From the IMG/VR virus record IMGVR_UViG_3300045988_062804: a stretch of DNA of 64,000 nt. One strand, given 5' to 3'. How positions within the stretch are numbered: the first letter of the stretch is position 1; every line of letters starts with the position of its first letter. Below the pieces are notes generated by a model that worked only from the letters and a program-made list of their open reading frames with translations, was not told where the DNA came from and did not search any database. Made by a program: the position numbers and the translations under genes. Of the stretch, positions 55,901 through 63,221 are shown one piece after another. Source of the stretch: a virus.

Positions 55901-56598
55901 ACTATATCCTTATTAGCCTCTTGAGTGGCATTATCCTCTTCCTCTGAAGTACCGTAATTAGGCTCCTCATTAGGCATACCATCGTAAGCATATCTCTGAT
56001 TGTTGGTAAAATCACCCGAATCTATCTGGCAGTTAAATGCAAACTCTAGCTTCCGTACCTTGTCTTGCAGTACTGATATAACTTTCAATAGGTCTTGAAT
56101 TACAGTACTACTTGTCATATGTTCTTTATTCTCAGAAGTATCTATCCAAATACCTCCTTTATCTTCAGGTGGTGCATCCTGTATGTAGATTTTGGAGAAG
56201 GATTCCCAAACGAATCCATTAAAGTAACGTATTTCATTAATATCATTAACGAATACTATTTGTCCTTTAATTCTAAGGTCGTCTCTATCAAGTAGTTCCT
56301 CTAAGGTCTCAACTACTACAATAGACATTCCTCCACCTCCTCCACCTCCTCCACCTCCTTGTACTTTCCATACATTCCACACCCCACTATAGAATTGATA
56401 CATATGGTTGTCGTCAGGTGAATTTTTAACGTAACACAGCATACCTTCCTTTAGCTTATTAGTACTAAGGAAGGCTTCCATATCACTCATATTGGTAACT
56501 TGGATGTAACCACCACGTAAGTCATTAACATCTGCTAACGGAAAGTTAGCATTGTTCTTGGGTTTTAATTGACCAATTACCTCAATATATTCATTCAT
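52900..56598 (-). CDS. Tail fibre protein (1232 aa from the preferred start) with N-terminal anchor, poly-Gly hinge, lamin-tail-domain-like module and C-terminal purple-acid-phosphatase-like metallophosphoesterase
   Basis: The preferred start is ATG 56598 (MNEYIEVIG...). The ORF-track start at 56631 lies inside the terminator hairpin. The Gly10 hinge is at 56329-56358. The LTD-like segment is SHNFVELCNLGKKDLNLKGLYLHYTERNSGDWVTLPL (about nt 55050-55400). The PAP N-domain-like segment is YYYKVGRDGAWTEERSFTLRN. The metallophosphatase motifs occur in order: FLQVSDQQG, LNTGDQTQNG, VGNNDL, FCHEAPF, CGHKHTY (about nt 53400-54450). The stop overlaps the next start (ATGA). Confidence 0.6.
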   Translation of the reverse strand: MNEYIEVIGQLKPKNNANFPLADVNDLRGGYIQVTNMSDMEAFLSTNKLKEGMLCYVKNSPDDNHMYQFYSGVWNVWKVQGGGGGGGGGGMSIVVVETLEELLDRDDLRIKGQIVFVNDINEIRYFNGFVWESFSKIYIQDAPPEDKGGIWIDTSENKEHMTSSTVIQDLLKVISVLQDKVRKLEFAFNCQIDSGDFTNNQRYAYDGMPNEEPNYGTSEEEDNATQEANKDIVLADSPEPTEYEEYLPNAKHICIKSGTYAEMQANKGDFLPKELLWCYDTQTLWIKDPKTYKLIKIGSTGGGEDPGPGPDPETMDGILTEVIGSGSGAKTKIIGIEFADMTNKENTFLIQVKDGKLDIHDYRLDKNTLAGNAQTQGTGIYYTTPYFPIIPEEVGSKDSPKIYVNMVYCGGTSEDKDYNPVSHNFVELCNLGKKDLNLKGLYLHYTERNSGDWVTLPLIGTLKSQGTFLIKGAQCSVENINTTLIRVGEPDMYWTKDDTLNNTRLEIAVDEGAGVQAHSIWSSKDNCIKFSYDCAFYISSEETTDYFKTTVMNSTAPWTTNGVIKWYVDLVGIGNYNDKSMPCEASPIATKGSNVLLMRYYNMDPVKQATKALSARSNVKDWTYINMDKINPAIDIQEYTPKNSSQNKNIFFNKHLLVEGAPNIVTCTLGHDAHKTRCFNWVSVGYYDEYIWIRKDGEEYTPENKFESFKKEDFNTEDVSQNPNRPTNHKNWANKIYNRIRSITTDGTPFTVHKFIKDFDEPTDTQKYYYKVGRDGAWTEERSFTLRNRDKVIERGFNFLQVSDQQGFNAEEYEMWRVSAEYINSDKAENPYEWCLNTGDQTQNGNRFNEWIDYYKGGDVIYRDTEQMYSVGNNDLTPVDVYTLGDGEDKSKTNPANVEFFFTFEHPYTVPISSAGVYIPCCYSFVYGNTYFLSMNSEITELARTDVFGDITGVNVYNDLKDWATADLAQHAADAKIKWKVAFCHEAPFTIITADLIMSYLKKNESGTYDKDLNIKRGGSHLNTVGSYWFSQWMQDNDFKLCLCGHKHTYANSRYIRENPSRTMEPIVYDTSLTPSWYTSLPDRERQCVQISTDASLNYVRYVMCQATGYKLTSNKELPAKNIPWLLEYYPVSSQIENNTTNTATVKVNSAQQYPNYIIWNIGSGDEVETPSMTTASRERILGKSYKLQLKDNTKVWAYKYNVPIAYTDLKKVGGNGSTNPSNNIVIEKTLQ
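56329..56358 (-). repeat. Gly10 hinge encoded by a 9-nt tandem repeat (ggaggtgga)n
   Basis: The plus strand reads tcc tcc acc tcc tcc acc tcc tcc acc tcc, within ..VWKVQGGGGGGGGGGMSIV.. Confidence 0.9.
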
Positions 56599-56602
56599 GT
56601 GT

Positions 56603-56638
56603 ATAAAAAAATAAAGGGCTGTGAATAACACAGCCCTT
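56603..56638 (-). terminator. Intrinsic terminator after the 90/150-aa gene pair
   Basis: A perfect 10-bp stem aagggctgtg (56614-56623) paired with cacagccctt (56629-56638), with loop aataa. On the minus strand it is followed by TATTTTTTTAT. It begins 9 nt after the stop at 56647. Confidence 0.85.
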
Positions 56639-56646
56639 ATTTGTAC

Positions 56647-57099
56647 TTATTCTACAAACAAGCTGTAGATTATTTCAAGAAAATCAGCAGCCTTTAGTTT
56701 AGTGCCATTAATTTCTACATCATTACCTGAATTTACGTCCACAAGCTCAAAATACTCTTCCTCGGTGAATTTACCATCCCAATCTAACTCTTCATTACTC
56801 TTTTCAGTAAGATAGGTGTCATAGCCATCCTTGATGTCAGCATTCCACTGGTTTAGTTGCGCTGCTTCTTCCTCGTTCTTTCCCTCTTTGGCAGCAAGAG
56901 CATCATAACCCTTTGGTTTAAGATTCTCCACGATAGACTTTAAATCTCTCTCAAAAGCTGACTTAATTTTTGATAACTCAAGTCTCATCGACATAACCTT
57001 TACCTTTAAAGTTTTAGGTAGCTCAGCGTCGTCAGACTTTAATAGAATCTTACTAATAAAATTGTGTTTTACGAATGCATCATTTAACGTCATATTCAT
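56647..57099 (-). CDS. Hypothetical acidic helical protein (150 aa)
   Basis: A clean ORF, TAATG-coupled to the upstream 90-aa gene and rich in D/E. It is bounded by a promoter upstream and a terminator downstream. Confidence 0.75.
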   Translation of the reverse strand: MNMTLNDAFVKHNFISKILLKSDDAELPKTLKVKVMSMRLELSKIKSAFERDLKSIVENLKPKGYDALAAKEGKNEEEAAQLNQWNADIKDGYDTYLTEKSNEELDWDGKFTEEEYFELVDVNSGNDVEINGTKLKAADFLEIIYSLFVE

Positions 57100-57371
57100 T
57101 ATACATTTTTAAGTTCTACCACAGTAGCATCTAATAGTGCCACTGCCTTACCATCTATACCATTAGGGATACTACTCACACTTTGTGAGAAGTCTCCTTC
57201 CATCTCAAAGTAAGAGAAGTTGCCAGCATAATTGTCGTCTAATGTAAAGAACTGACCATTGAAATTGGTTATTCTCTTAGTTGCATCAAATGTAACATCT
57301 CCTACTAGTTTTAGGTCACTAGTTTCGTTGGATACGTTGTAAATTTCTCTCTTGTTACTTAATTGTATCAT
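57099..57371 (-). CDS. Hypothetical small protein (90 aa)
   Basis: A clean ORF 36 nt downstream of a consensus promoter. Confidence 0.7.
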   Translation of the reverse strand: MIQLSNKREIYNVSNETSDLKLVGDVTFDATKRITNFNGQFFTLDDNYAGNFSYFEMEGDFSQSVSSIPNGIDGKAVALLDATVVELKNV

Positions 57372-57407
57372 AATTTATATTATTTAGTCTGTCATTTAAT
57401 ACTTGTA

Positions 57408-57438
57408 CAAATATACAAACAAATACCTGAACTACAAA
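57408..57438 (-). promoter_or_regulatory. Bacteroides-type promoter (TTTG-N19-TATATTTG)
   Basis: On the minus strand, the -33 TTTG is at 57438-57435, the spacer is 19 nt, and the -7 TATATTTG is at 57415-57408. It lies in the 111-nt AT-rich intergenic region downstream of the 1786-aa fibre gene. Confidence 0.65.
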
Positions 57439-57482
57439 AGAATTTTAAGTAAATAAAGTTAAATTTGTATAAGTGCCTGATA

Positions 57483-60400
57483 TTATAACTTTCTTAAGAA
57501 TCTCACTGCCCTATACTTGGGTATTAATGTGAAATAAGCGTATGTGCTACTATTATAGTTGTATCCAGTTGAGTTACACTTACTACCTGTTCTAAATATA
57601 CCCTGGTGGGTACTTTCTCCAGAGTCGTGACCTCTATTATGCTTACCATTCAGGCTGGAAATTTTCTTAAATTCTTCATCAGATGAACTCTCAGTATATG
57701 TACCGCCCCAATAGTTATTAGTACCATTAACAAATCTATGATAGTGGTTTGGTAAATAATCGCCATCGACTGTTACATAATCGTCACCACCAATAGTATT
57801 AACCCCAGCACTGTACGTATTCTTAACACTCGTACCCCATCCTGGATGTCTTGCAGTACCTGCACCCATGGGAAATCTACCATCAAATAATGATGTAATG
57901 TCTTCCCATCCAGATGGAATATTATCACCCAGCCACATAATGATTGTACCACTAGGTATAGCGTTAGCTACGTCCTCAGTAGTAGCTAGTGCTTTCCAGC
58001 TTTGCCACCCAGAGTTATATCTTCTTGTATAGGTTCTATCATCCCACATGTTTTGTACTATCTGGAAACCATAAGCCTGGTCACCAGGATTAGAACCGAT
58101 AGTGATACCATTACTATATCCAGCACTACTGTTATTAGCCTGACCAATATTCCAAGAATAGAATACCTTAGCACCATATCCTGGATGAGAGCCATCTGGA
58201 CTTGCAGAATGCCCAGATAGCATATTAGCTCTTTCAGTTGAATCAGCTACAGTAGCTCTATCAGCTTTAGATGCTATAGCACATGTTCCTACTCTACTAC
58301 TAGCTTCTTGCTCCCATTCATTATTTAGTCTACTGGTTCTTGGTGCTACATAGTCAGGGTATGTACTATCTCCAATATTAGTATTACTTGAATAGACAGA
58401 GAATGAACGTCCGTCGGTAGTCCTGTACTGATAATTAGCTCCACCTCTCATATATAGTACTAGTGCACTTCTGTTATTTCTTTGTTCAAGACCATAACAA
58501 GGGTCATCATTAGCAAAAGAATATGAATGTCTATATATTCTTAAATACCAAGATATAGTTCCCCAACCTCCACCAATCCAGTCGAAATCAAATTGGAATG
58601 AAAAACCACCACCATGTGCAGACCATGAAGGTACATTAGATGACAGAGCATTACAGAATGTTACTCTTACTGGAGTACTATTACCAGGACTTGCATACAT
58701 TACACAAGGATACCATGTATTAGAATCTAAATGTGTTAATGATAGAGTTTGTTGACTATTAGCATTAACATAGTTAGCTGTTACATTACCGTTATGTACA
58801 CCGTCTAATAAGTCAGCGTTAAGATTTGTCCACAGTCCTGAACCACTTACAAAGTGGTTGGAACCGTTATATCCAAACTGATAACCACTTTTGCCCAACT
58901 TAATCATACCTGCACTATTATTAGTAGTACCCATTATACCTATGGTATTAACCATATTGCAATCTCCAATATAACAATCATCACCTACCAACAATCCACT
59001 ATATGTACCATTCAACCCAGCTGATTGTATAGTTAATCTACCTGTCATAGTATCTCCTGTAACATTGACATACGCAGAATCATGGTTATGTGTGCTTAGT
59101 GATATAGGTATATCATCTACGGCAAACTGACCATCACTTCTCATACCAAATCTCTTAGCATACCTATTACCCCAGTGAAATGTTATTGCAGGAGAATAAC
59201 CCCATGCTAATTGAGTATTAGTAACATTTCCATATTCTCTAATCTGGATAGCACCTCCGTATGAAGCATCTGTACTCCATGAGTTCCAAAGCATTTGAGC
59301 ACTCTTAGAACCACCTACTTGAGAGTTAATTTCATCCTTAAATGCTAATATTCTACTATAGGATGCACCTCCATACACATTACCTGCCACATAGACATTT
59401 TTGTTAAACCAGTGTCCAGAACTAGCATTAGTATTATGATGTGTGTACGCACCATTATCATTACTAATGGATGAGGTAACTCCATTCATAACCCATGACA
59501 ATCTACCTGTCATAGTATCTCCAGCTTTATTAACTTTAGTATTGGGGTCGAAGTTAGCTGAGTTCCATATAGTATATACGCTTCCCCAAGTTCCATTAGC
59601 TCTAGACTTCATGTAAAGGTTTCCACCAGTACCATAGTCATGATATATCTTACACTGATAGTTAGCGCTGTCTGAGTGCATTAATGTTACACCATAAGCA
59701 CCAAGATTGTTATCTCTCCAGAATCCAGCTCTACCTAAATCATCAGAATTACCAGTCCTTTCGTTTACACCACAAGAGCCATATGTAGAATAGATGAACT
59801 GATTCAAAGCCTTATGTCCTCCATCTCCAAGTAATACATAGGCAGCTGAAGAACCACTCTTTATAAAAGCAGGTGCTGTTACTCCGTTAGACTTTATTGA
59901 CATCCATTGAGTTAAAGTAGAACCACTCTTTCCAGAGAATTTAAAGTACTCGTTACCATTATCACCAGTTTCAAATCCAAGATACGAATCAGCATCACTA
60001 TCTCCTGTATTCTTAAAGTGAATTTTAGCATAGTCTGTGTTCCTAGACCATTGTACTACTGAATCAGTGGATATTGTAATACTACCCGTCATCGTTCCAC
60101 CAGCTAAAGGTAAGAACTTACCATCAGCCCATCCTGTAGTAGCTAGCTGCTTCCATGCTTCCCAAGCTGTACCAGTGCCAAATCTAACCCACACATTAGA
60201 ATTATCAGTAAATCCAAGCTGAGCCGCCTTACCACCAGACCAGTCAGAAGTACTACCATACTTTCTAACAGTTAGTAATCCTGTGTAACTACCACCATCA
60301 GTGAGGTTCGCCTTGGCATTAGATTTAAAATCCAACCAAACACCTGCTGAATGTTCTTGTGGAGTTGACGCTGTTTCTCTATTATCAATATGGTTTATAG

Positions 60401-62843
60401 TATTGTGAGAGTGCTCTGTTCTTAGTCCCACTAAGTTTCTAGCATCCCATATATTATAGTCAGTGCCATTATACCTATGTTGTAAGTCAGTTGCACCACT
60501 TCTAATATAAGTAGTACCAGCTTGCATACCAAGATATGTGTAAGTAGTTCCAGAATACATTACAAGACCATTACCTCCAGTACTCTGAATTTCAGTCACT
60601 TTGAGAGCCCCAGTCATTGTATCACCTGCTCTATTCACAGCATTAGCAAATGCTCTAATATTGTCACCACTAAATATGTAAGCTTGCCCTGATTCTCCAT
60701 CCTTAGTGCCCCAAACATGGGTAGGTGTAGCATTACCTATAGTCCAATTCATTGTTAATCCACCCTCTAAAGAGTACCTAACAAAGTTCTTCAGTTGATT
60801 AGGGTCGGTTTGTTTCTGGATATAGGTATCATCTAAGTAAGTGTGGAAGTTGCTTTTATCAATAACAGGTGTCCAACCTGTAATACTTCCTGCTGTATTT
60901 CTTCTGTGCCACAATCCCTCTACACCTGTTATGGCTTGAGCTAATTCAGTATAGTAACCAGACTCATTGTTGTGAAGTATTTTAAGTCTATTCGACCATG
61001 AACCTTCTATTGGTCCATTAGTAGAGTCTTGTAACACACCTGCATATGTACCATAGGATGCTCCAAGCAATCCTACTGGATTAAGGTCTATCCTTAATGC
61101 TGCACCACCAGCTGTTAATGAACCTGCATATAGGTGGGTATGTCCTTCTGTAGATACTTTAATGCCATTACTATACAAACAGTTATCTGTGCCTACATAC
61201 ACATATTGGTTACTATATGTTTGAGGAGAAGTAGTTTGAGATTCTGCACCAATTAGGAATAGTTTTCTATTTATTAAATTGGTAGCGCCCGCTGTATTTA
61301 CTGTATCACTACCTGGGTCAGCAGCTAATGTGATATTGCCCTGAGCATCTACAGTAATAAACATATTATCTCCAGCAATGAAGTTTATAATCTTCTCTTC
61401 ATGACCATCAAACTCTAAAAAGTCTACAAGATTATACCTAAACTTTAATTTATGATTTAACCTATCAGGTTTATCTTCCCATTTAGGAATGCCAGCACTC
61501 CCAATAACCATCATCTGTCCTATACTACCGTTAGCTAAACCTTTTATAAGTTTACCAGTAGTAGAATTAAATATAGCTAGTTGACCTACAATAGAAGCCG
61601 ATGGACCACTTACTACACCAGTGGTATTAGTCTGTACATATGTCCATTTCTTTTTAACGTCTTGCCAGTTAGAAGAGTTAGATGCCTGAGCCGATTCTTT
61701 ACATATTAATAGGTCACCTATTTCTACAGGTTCCCCATTAATGTATCCTACATTATCTATATAGTTTCCAGAACCAAATGTTACCACATAAGTATTACCA
61801 ATGTCAGCAGCAGGGGTGTATGTTCCTGGTGTGGATAAGCCAGCTTCCAAAGCACCTTTATAAAGCATAGCATTGTTAGCCCCCAAGATACTATCAGCAT
61901 ATGCCTTAGCTGTTTCTATAGCATTCCATACCATTAAAGGTGAGGCAGCTATAGCTGTAATTTCAGTATTATTAATATTAGTGTTACTAGTAGAGGGATT
62001 GGGCTTACTGTTTAAAGTATCTTGTAGTTTAACGTGACCATACAATTCTAACGAAGAGCCACCATATTCAGGTTTTAATGATAAGTGAATCTTTGGCGTG
62101 GCAGAGCCCTCTACATCACCCTTCAACTTACCTATGATATAACCATCTATCACTGTTAAGTCAGAGCCTACTACATTAACAGTACCCGTAGAGTTTAAGC
62201 CCCCTGTTAGTATAAGCTTTTTTGTGGCATCATTGTAACTCATACCATTAGCTTTACGTACCTGGGCTGACTCTGAGACATCCATATCAGAATATGCTAG
62301 TAATACATTCCTCTCTCCAATTGAGGTAGATGGAGTAAGTTGTTCTACATAATCCCTAATAGACACATTTCTATTAGCTATATCAGTTACATGTCCCCAT
62401 TCATCTACCGTTACATTTGGTATTGAGAATATACTAGCATTATTTACATTAGTAGATTGTCCGAAAGTCCCAGCATTAGTACCACTCTTTTTATGTATTA
62501 GCTTTCTATCAGCAGTTATCCATTCTAGTGGGACATCTGTATTCACTCTGTTAAGTGCATTACTACTAAGAATGATCCTATTACCATCACCTTTCCTTAC
62601 ACTTATACTTTCACCAGTAGTAGACATCATAAAGAATGAGTTACCAATGGTTACTTTAACAGACCCACTTTCTTCTGATACCTCTATGCTTGGATAACCA
62701 ATGCTGAAATAAGTTCCGCATGTCCACATTTCTCTTGTATCTTCTATAAATACTATAGGATTTAGTCCTGTAGGTATAGTAGGTATAAGAGGTTCAAACA
62801 ACTCCTTCTTCTTTACATATGCAATCTTCTTATCAATCACCAT
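57483..62843 (-). CDS. Long tail fibre protein (1786 aa) with repeated GDTMTG modules and a C-terminal phage tail-collar-like domain
   Basis: Four copies of the fibre motif are present: AGDTMTGALKV, AGGTMTGSITI, AGDTMTGRLSW and TGDTMTGRLTI. The C-terminal 157 aa (nt 57486-57957) read PSGTIIMWLGDNIPSGWEDITSLFDGRFPMGAG...GGDDYVTVDGDYLPNHYH...TLIPKYRAVRFL. This fits the Phage_tail_collar pattern (G.I..w.g..iP.GW......l.gRfp.g.g......GG......lP.H.H....P.y....fi). Confidence 0.75.
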   Translation of the reverse strand: MVIDKKIAYVKKKELFEPLIPTIPTGLNPIVFIEDTREMWTCGTYFSIGYPSIEVSEESGSVKVTIGNSFFMMSTTGESISVRKGDGNRIILSSNALNRVNTDVPLEWITADRKLIHKKSGTNAGTFGQSTNVNNASIFSIPNVTVDEWGHVTDIANRNVSIRDYVEQLTPSTSIGERNVLLAYSDMDVSESAQVRKANGMSYNDATKKLILTGGLNSTGTVNVVGSDLTVIDGYIIGKLKGDVEGSATPKIHLSLKPEYGGSSLELYGHVKLQDTLNSKPNPSTSNTNINNTEITAIAASPLMVWNAIETAKAYADSILGANNAMLYKGALEAGLSTPGTYTPAADIGNTYVVTFGSGNYIDNVGYINGEPVEIGDLLICKESAQASNSSNWQDVKKKWTYVQTNTTGVVSGPSASIVGQLAIFNSTTGKLIKGLANGSIGQMMVIGSAGIPKWEDKPDRLNHKLKFRYNLVDFLEFDGHEEKIINFIAGDNMFITVDAQGNITLAADPGSDTVNTAGATNLINRKLFLIGAESQTTSPQTYSNQYVYVGTDNCLYSNGIKVSTEGHTHLYAGSLTAGGAALRIDLNPVGLLGASYGTYAGVLQDSTNGPIEGSWSNRLKILHNNESGYYTELAQAITGVEGLWHRRNTAGSITGWTPVIDKSNFHTYLDDTYIQKQTDPNQLKNFVRYSLEGGLTMNWTIGNATPTHVWGTKDGESGQAYIFSGDNIRAFANAVNRAGDTMTGALKVTEIQSTGGNGLVMYSGTTYTYLGMQAGTTYIRSGATDLQHRYNGTDYNIWDARNLVGLRTEHSHNTINHIDNRETASTPQEHSAGVWLDFKSNAKANLTDGGSYTGLLTVRKYGSTSDWSGGKAAQLGFTDNSNVWVRFGTGTAWEAWKQLATTGWADGKFLPLAGGTMTGSITISTDSVVQWSRNTDYAKIHFKNTGDSDADSYLGFETGDNGNEYFKFSGKSGSTLTQWMSIKSNGVTAPAFIKSGSSAAYVLLGDGGHKALNQFIYSTYGSCGVNERTGNSDDLGRAGFWRDNNLGAYGVTLMHSDSANYQCKIYHDYGTGGNLYMKSRANGTWGSVYTIWNSANFDPNTKVNKAGDTMTGRLSWVMNGVTSSISNDNGAYTHHNTNASSGHWFNKNVYVAGNVYGGASYSRILAFKDEINSQVGGSKSAQMLWNSWSTDASYGGAIQIREYGNVTNTQLAWGYSPAITFHWGNRYAKRFGMRSDGQFAVDDIPISLSTHNHDSAYVNVTGDTMTGRLTIQSAGLNGTYSGLLVGDDCYIGDCNMVNTIGIMGTTNNSAGMIKLGKSGYQFGYNGSNHFVSGSGLWTNLNADLLDGVHNGNVTANYVNANSQQTLSLTHLDSNTWYPCVMYASPGNSTPVRVTFCNALSSNVPSWSAHGGGFSFQFDFDWIGGGWGTISWYLRIYRHSYSFANDDPCYGLEQRNNRSALVLYMRGGANYQYRTTDGRSFSVYSSNTNIGDSTYPDYVAPRTSRLNNEWEQEASSRVGTCAIASKADRATVADSTERANMLSGHSASPDGSHPGYGAKVFYSWNIGQANNSSAGYSNGITIGSNPGDQAYGFQIVQNMWDDRTYTRRYNSGWQSWKALATTEDVANAIPSGTIIMWLGDNIPSGWEDITSLFDGRFPMGAGTARHPGWGTSVKNTYSAGVNTIGGDDYVTVDGDYLPNHYHRFVNGTNNYWGGTYTESSSDEEFKKISSLNGKHNRGHDSGESTHQGIFRTGSKCNSTGYNYNSSTYAYFTLIPKYRAVRFLRKL
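59035..59522 (-). repeat. Exact 23-nt direct repeat pair inside the 1786-aa fibre gene
   Basis: aatctacctgtcatagtatctcc occurs at 59035-59057 and 59500-59522. The copies are 465 nt (155 codons) apart and in frame. Each encodes GDTMTGRL, marking a duplicated fibre module. Confidence 0.9.
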
Positions 62844-63220
62844 TATTCAATAATTTGAGTTGTTAATAAATCATCAAATCTTTTAGCTGTTTGAGCTACA
62901 GTGGATTGGGAGTTAACAAAGTTACCTGTCCAACCTATTAATAAATCTGTTCCATCAAGAATAGGATTATTCTTTATAGCTTTTCTGTTGACCGTTTTAT
63001 CACCTAAGTCATTAATCTGTTTCTGCATGTTATCGAGTTTTTCTTGAACCTTATTAACAATCTCTATGATTTCTTTGTTGTCAAGAAAGACTACCCACTG
63101 ACTTCCGTCATAAAGCAACATCTTACTGTTATCCTTAATCCAGATATGGTAAATAGTTGGAGGGATTGTATCACCCCTCCAGAAATTTACCTGCCTATTG
63201 TTTACCATTGCATCTGCCAT
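62843..63220 (-). CDS. Small fibre-associated protein (125 aa) sharing the N-terminal anchor-like motif
   Basis: A clean ORF, TAATG-coupled to the 1786-aa fibre gene. IWIKDNSKMLLYDGSQWVVF resembles the N-termini of the 1243-aa (CYVKNS..MYQFYSGVWNVW) and 2579-aa (HYDEVTGRWVI) fibres. It is followed by a short coiled coil. Confidence 0.7.
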   Translation of the reverse strand: MADAMVNNRQVNFWRGDTIPPTIYHIWIKDNSKMLLYDGSQWVVFLDNKEIIEIVNKVQEKLDNMQKQINDLGDKTVNRKAIKNNPILDGTDLLIGWTGNFVNSQSTVAQTAKRFDDLLTTQIIE

Positions 63221-63221
63221 G

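Noticed and set aside
56599-56631. An 11-codon N-terminal extension of the 1243-aa ORF (MLFTALYFFIH)
   Set aside because: The ATG at 56631 lies inside the stem of a strong terminator hairpin, and the extension is translated from its T-tract. ATG 56598 (MNEYIEVIG) lies immediately after the terminator.
57483-62843. Diversity-generating retroelement (template/variable repeat) targeting the fibre genes
   Set aside because: The only DNA repeats seen are short exact in-frame motif repeats. There is no reverse transcriptase gene in the window and no repeat pair differing at adenines.
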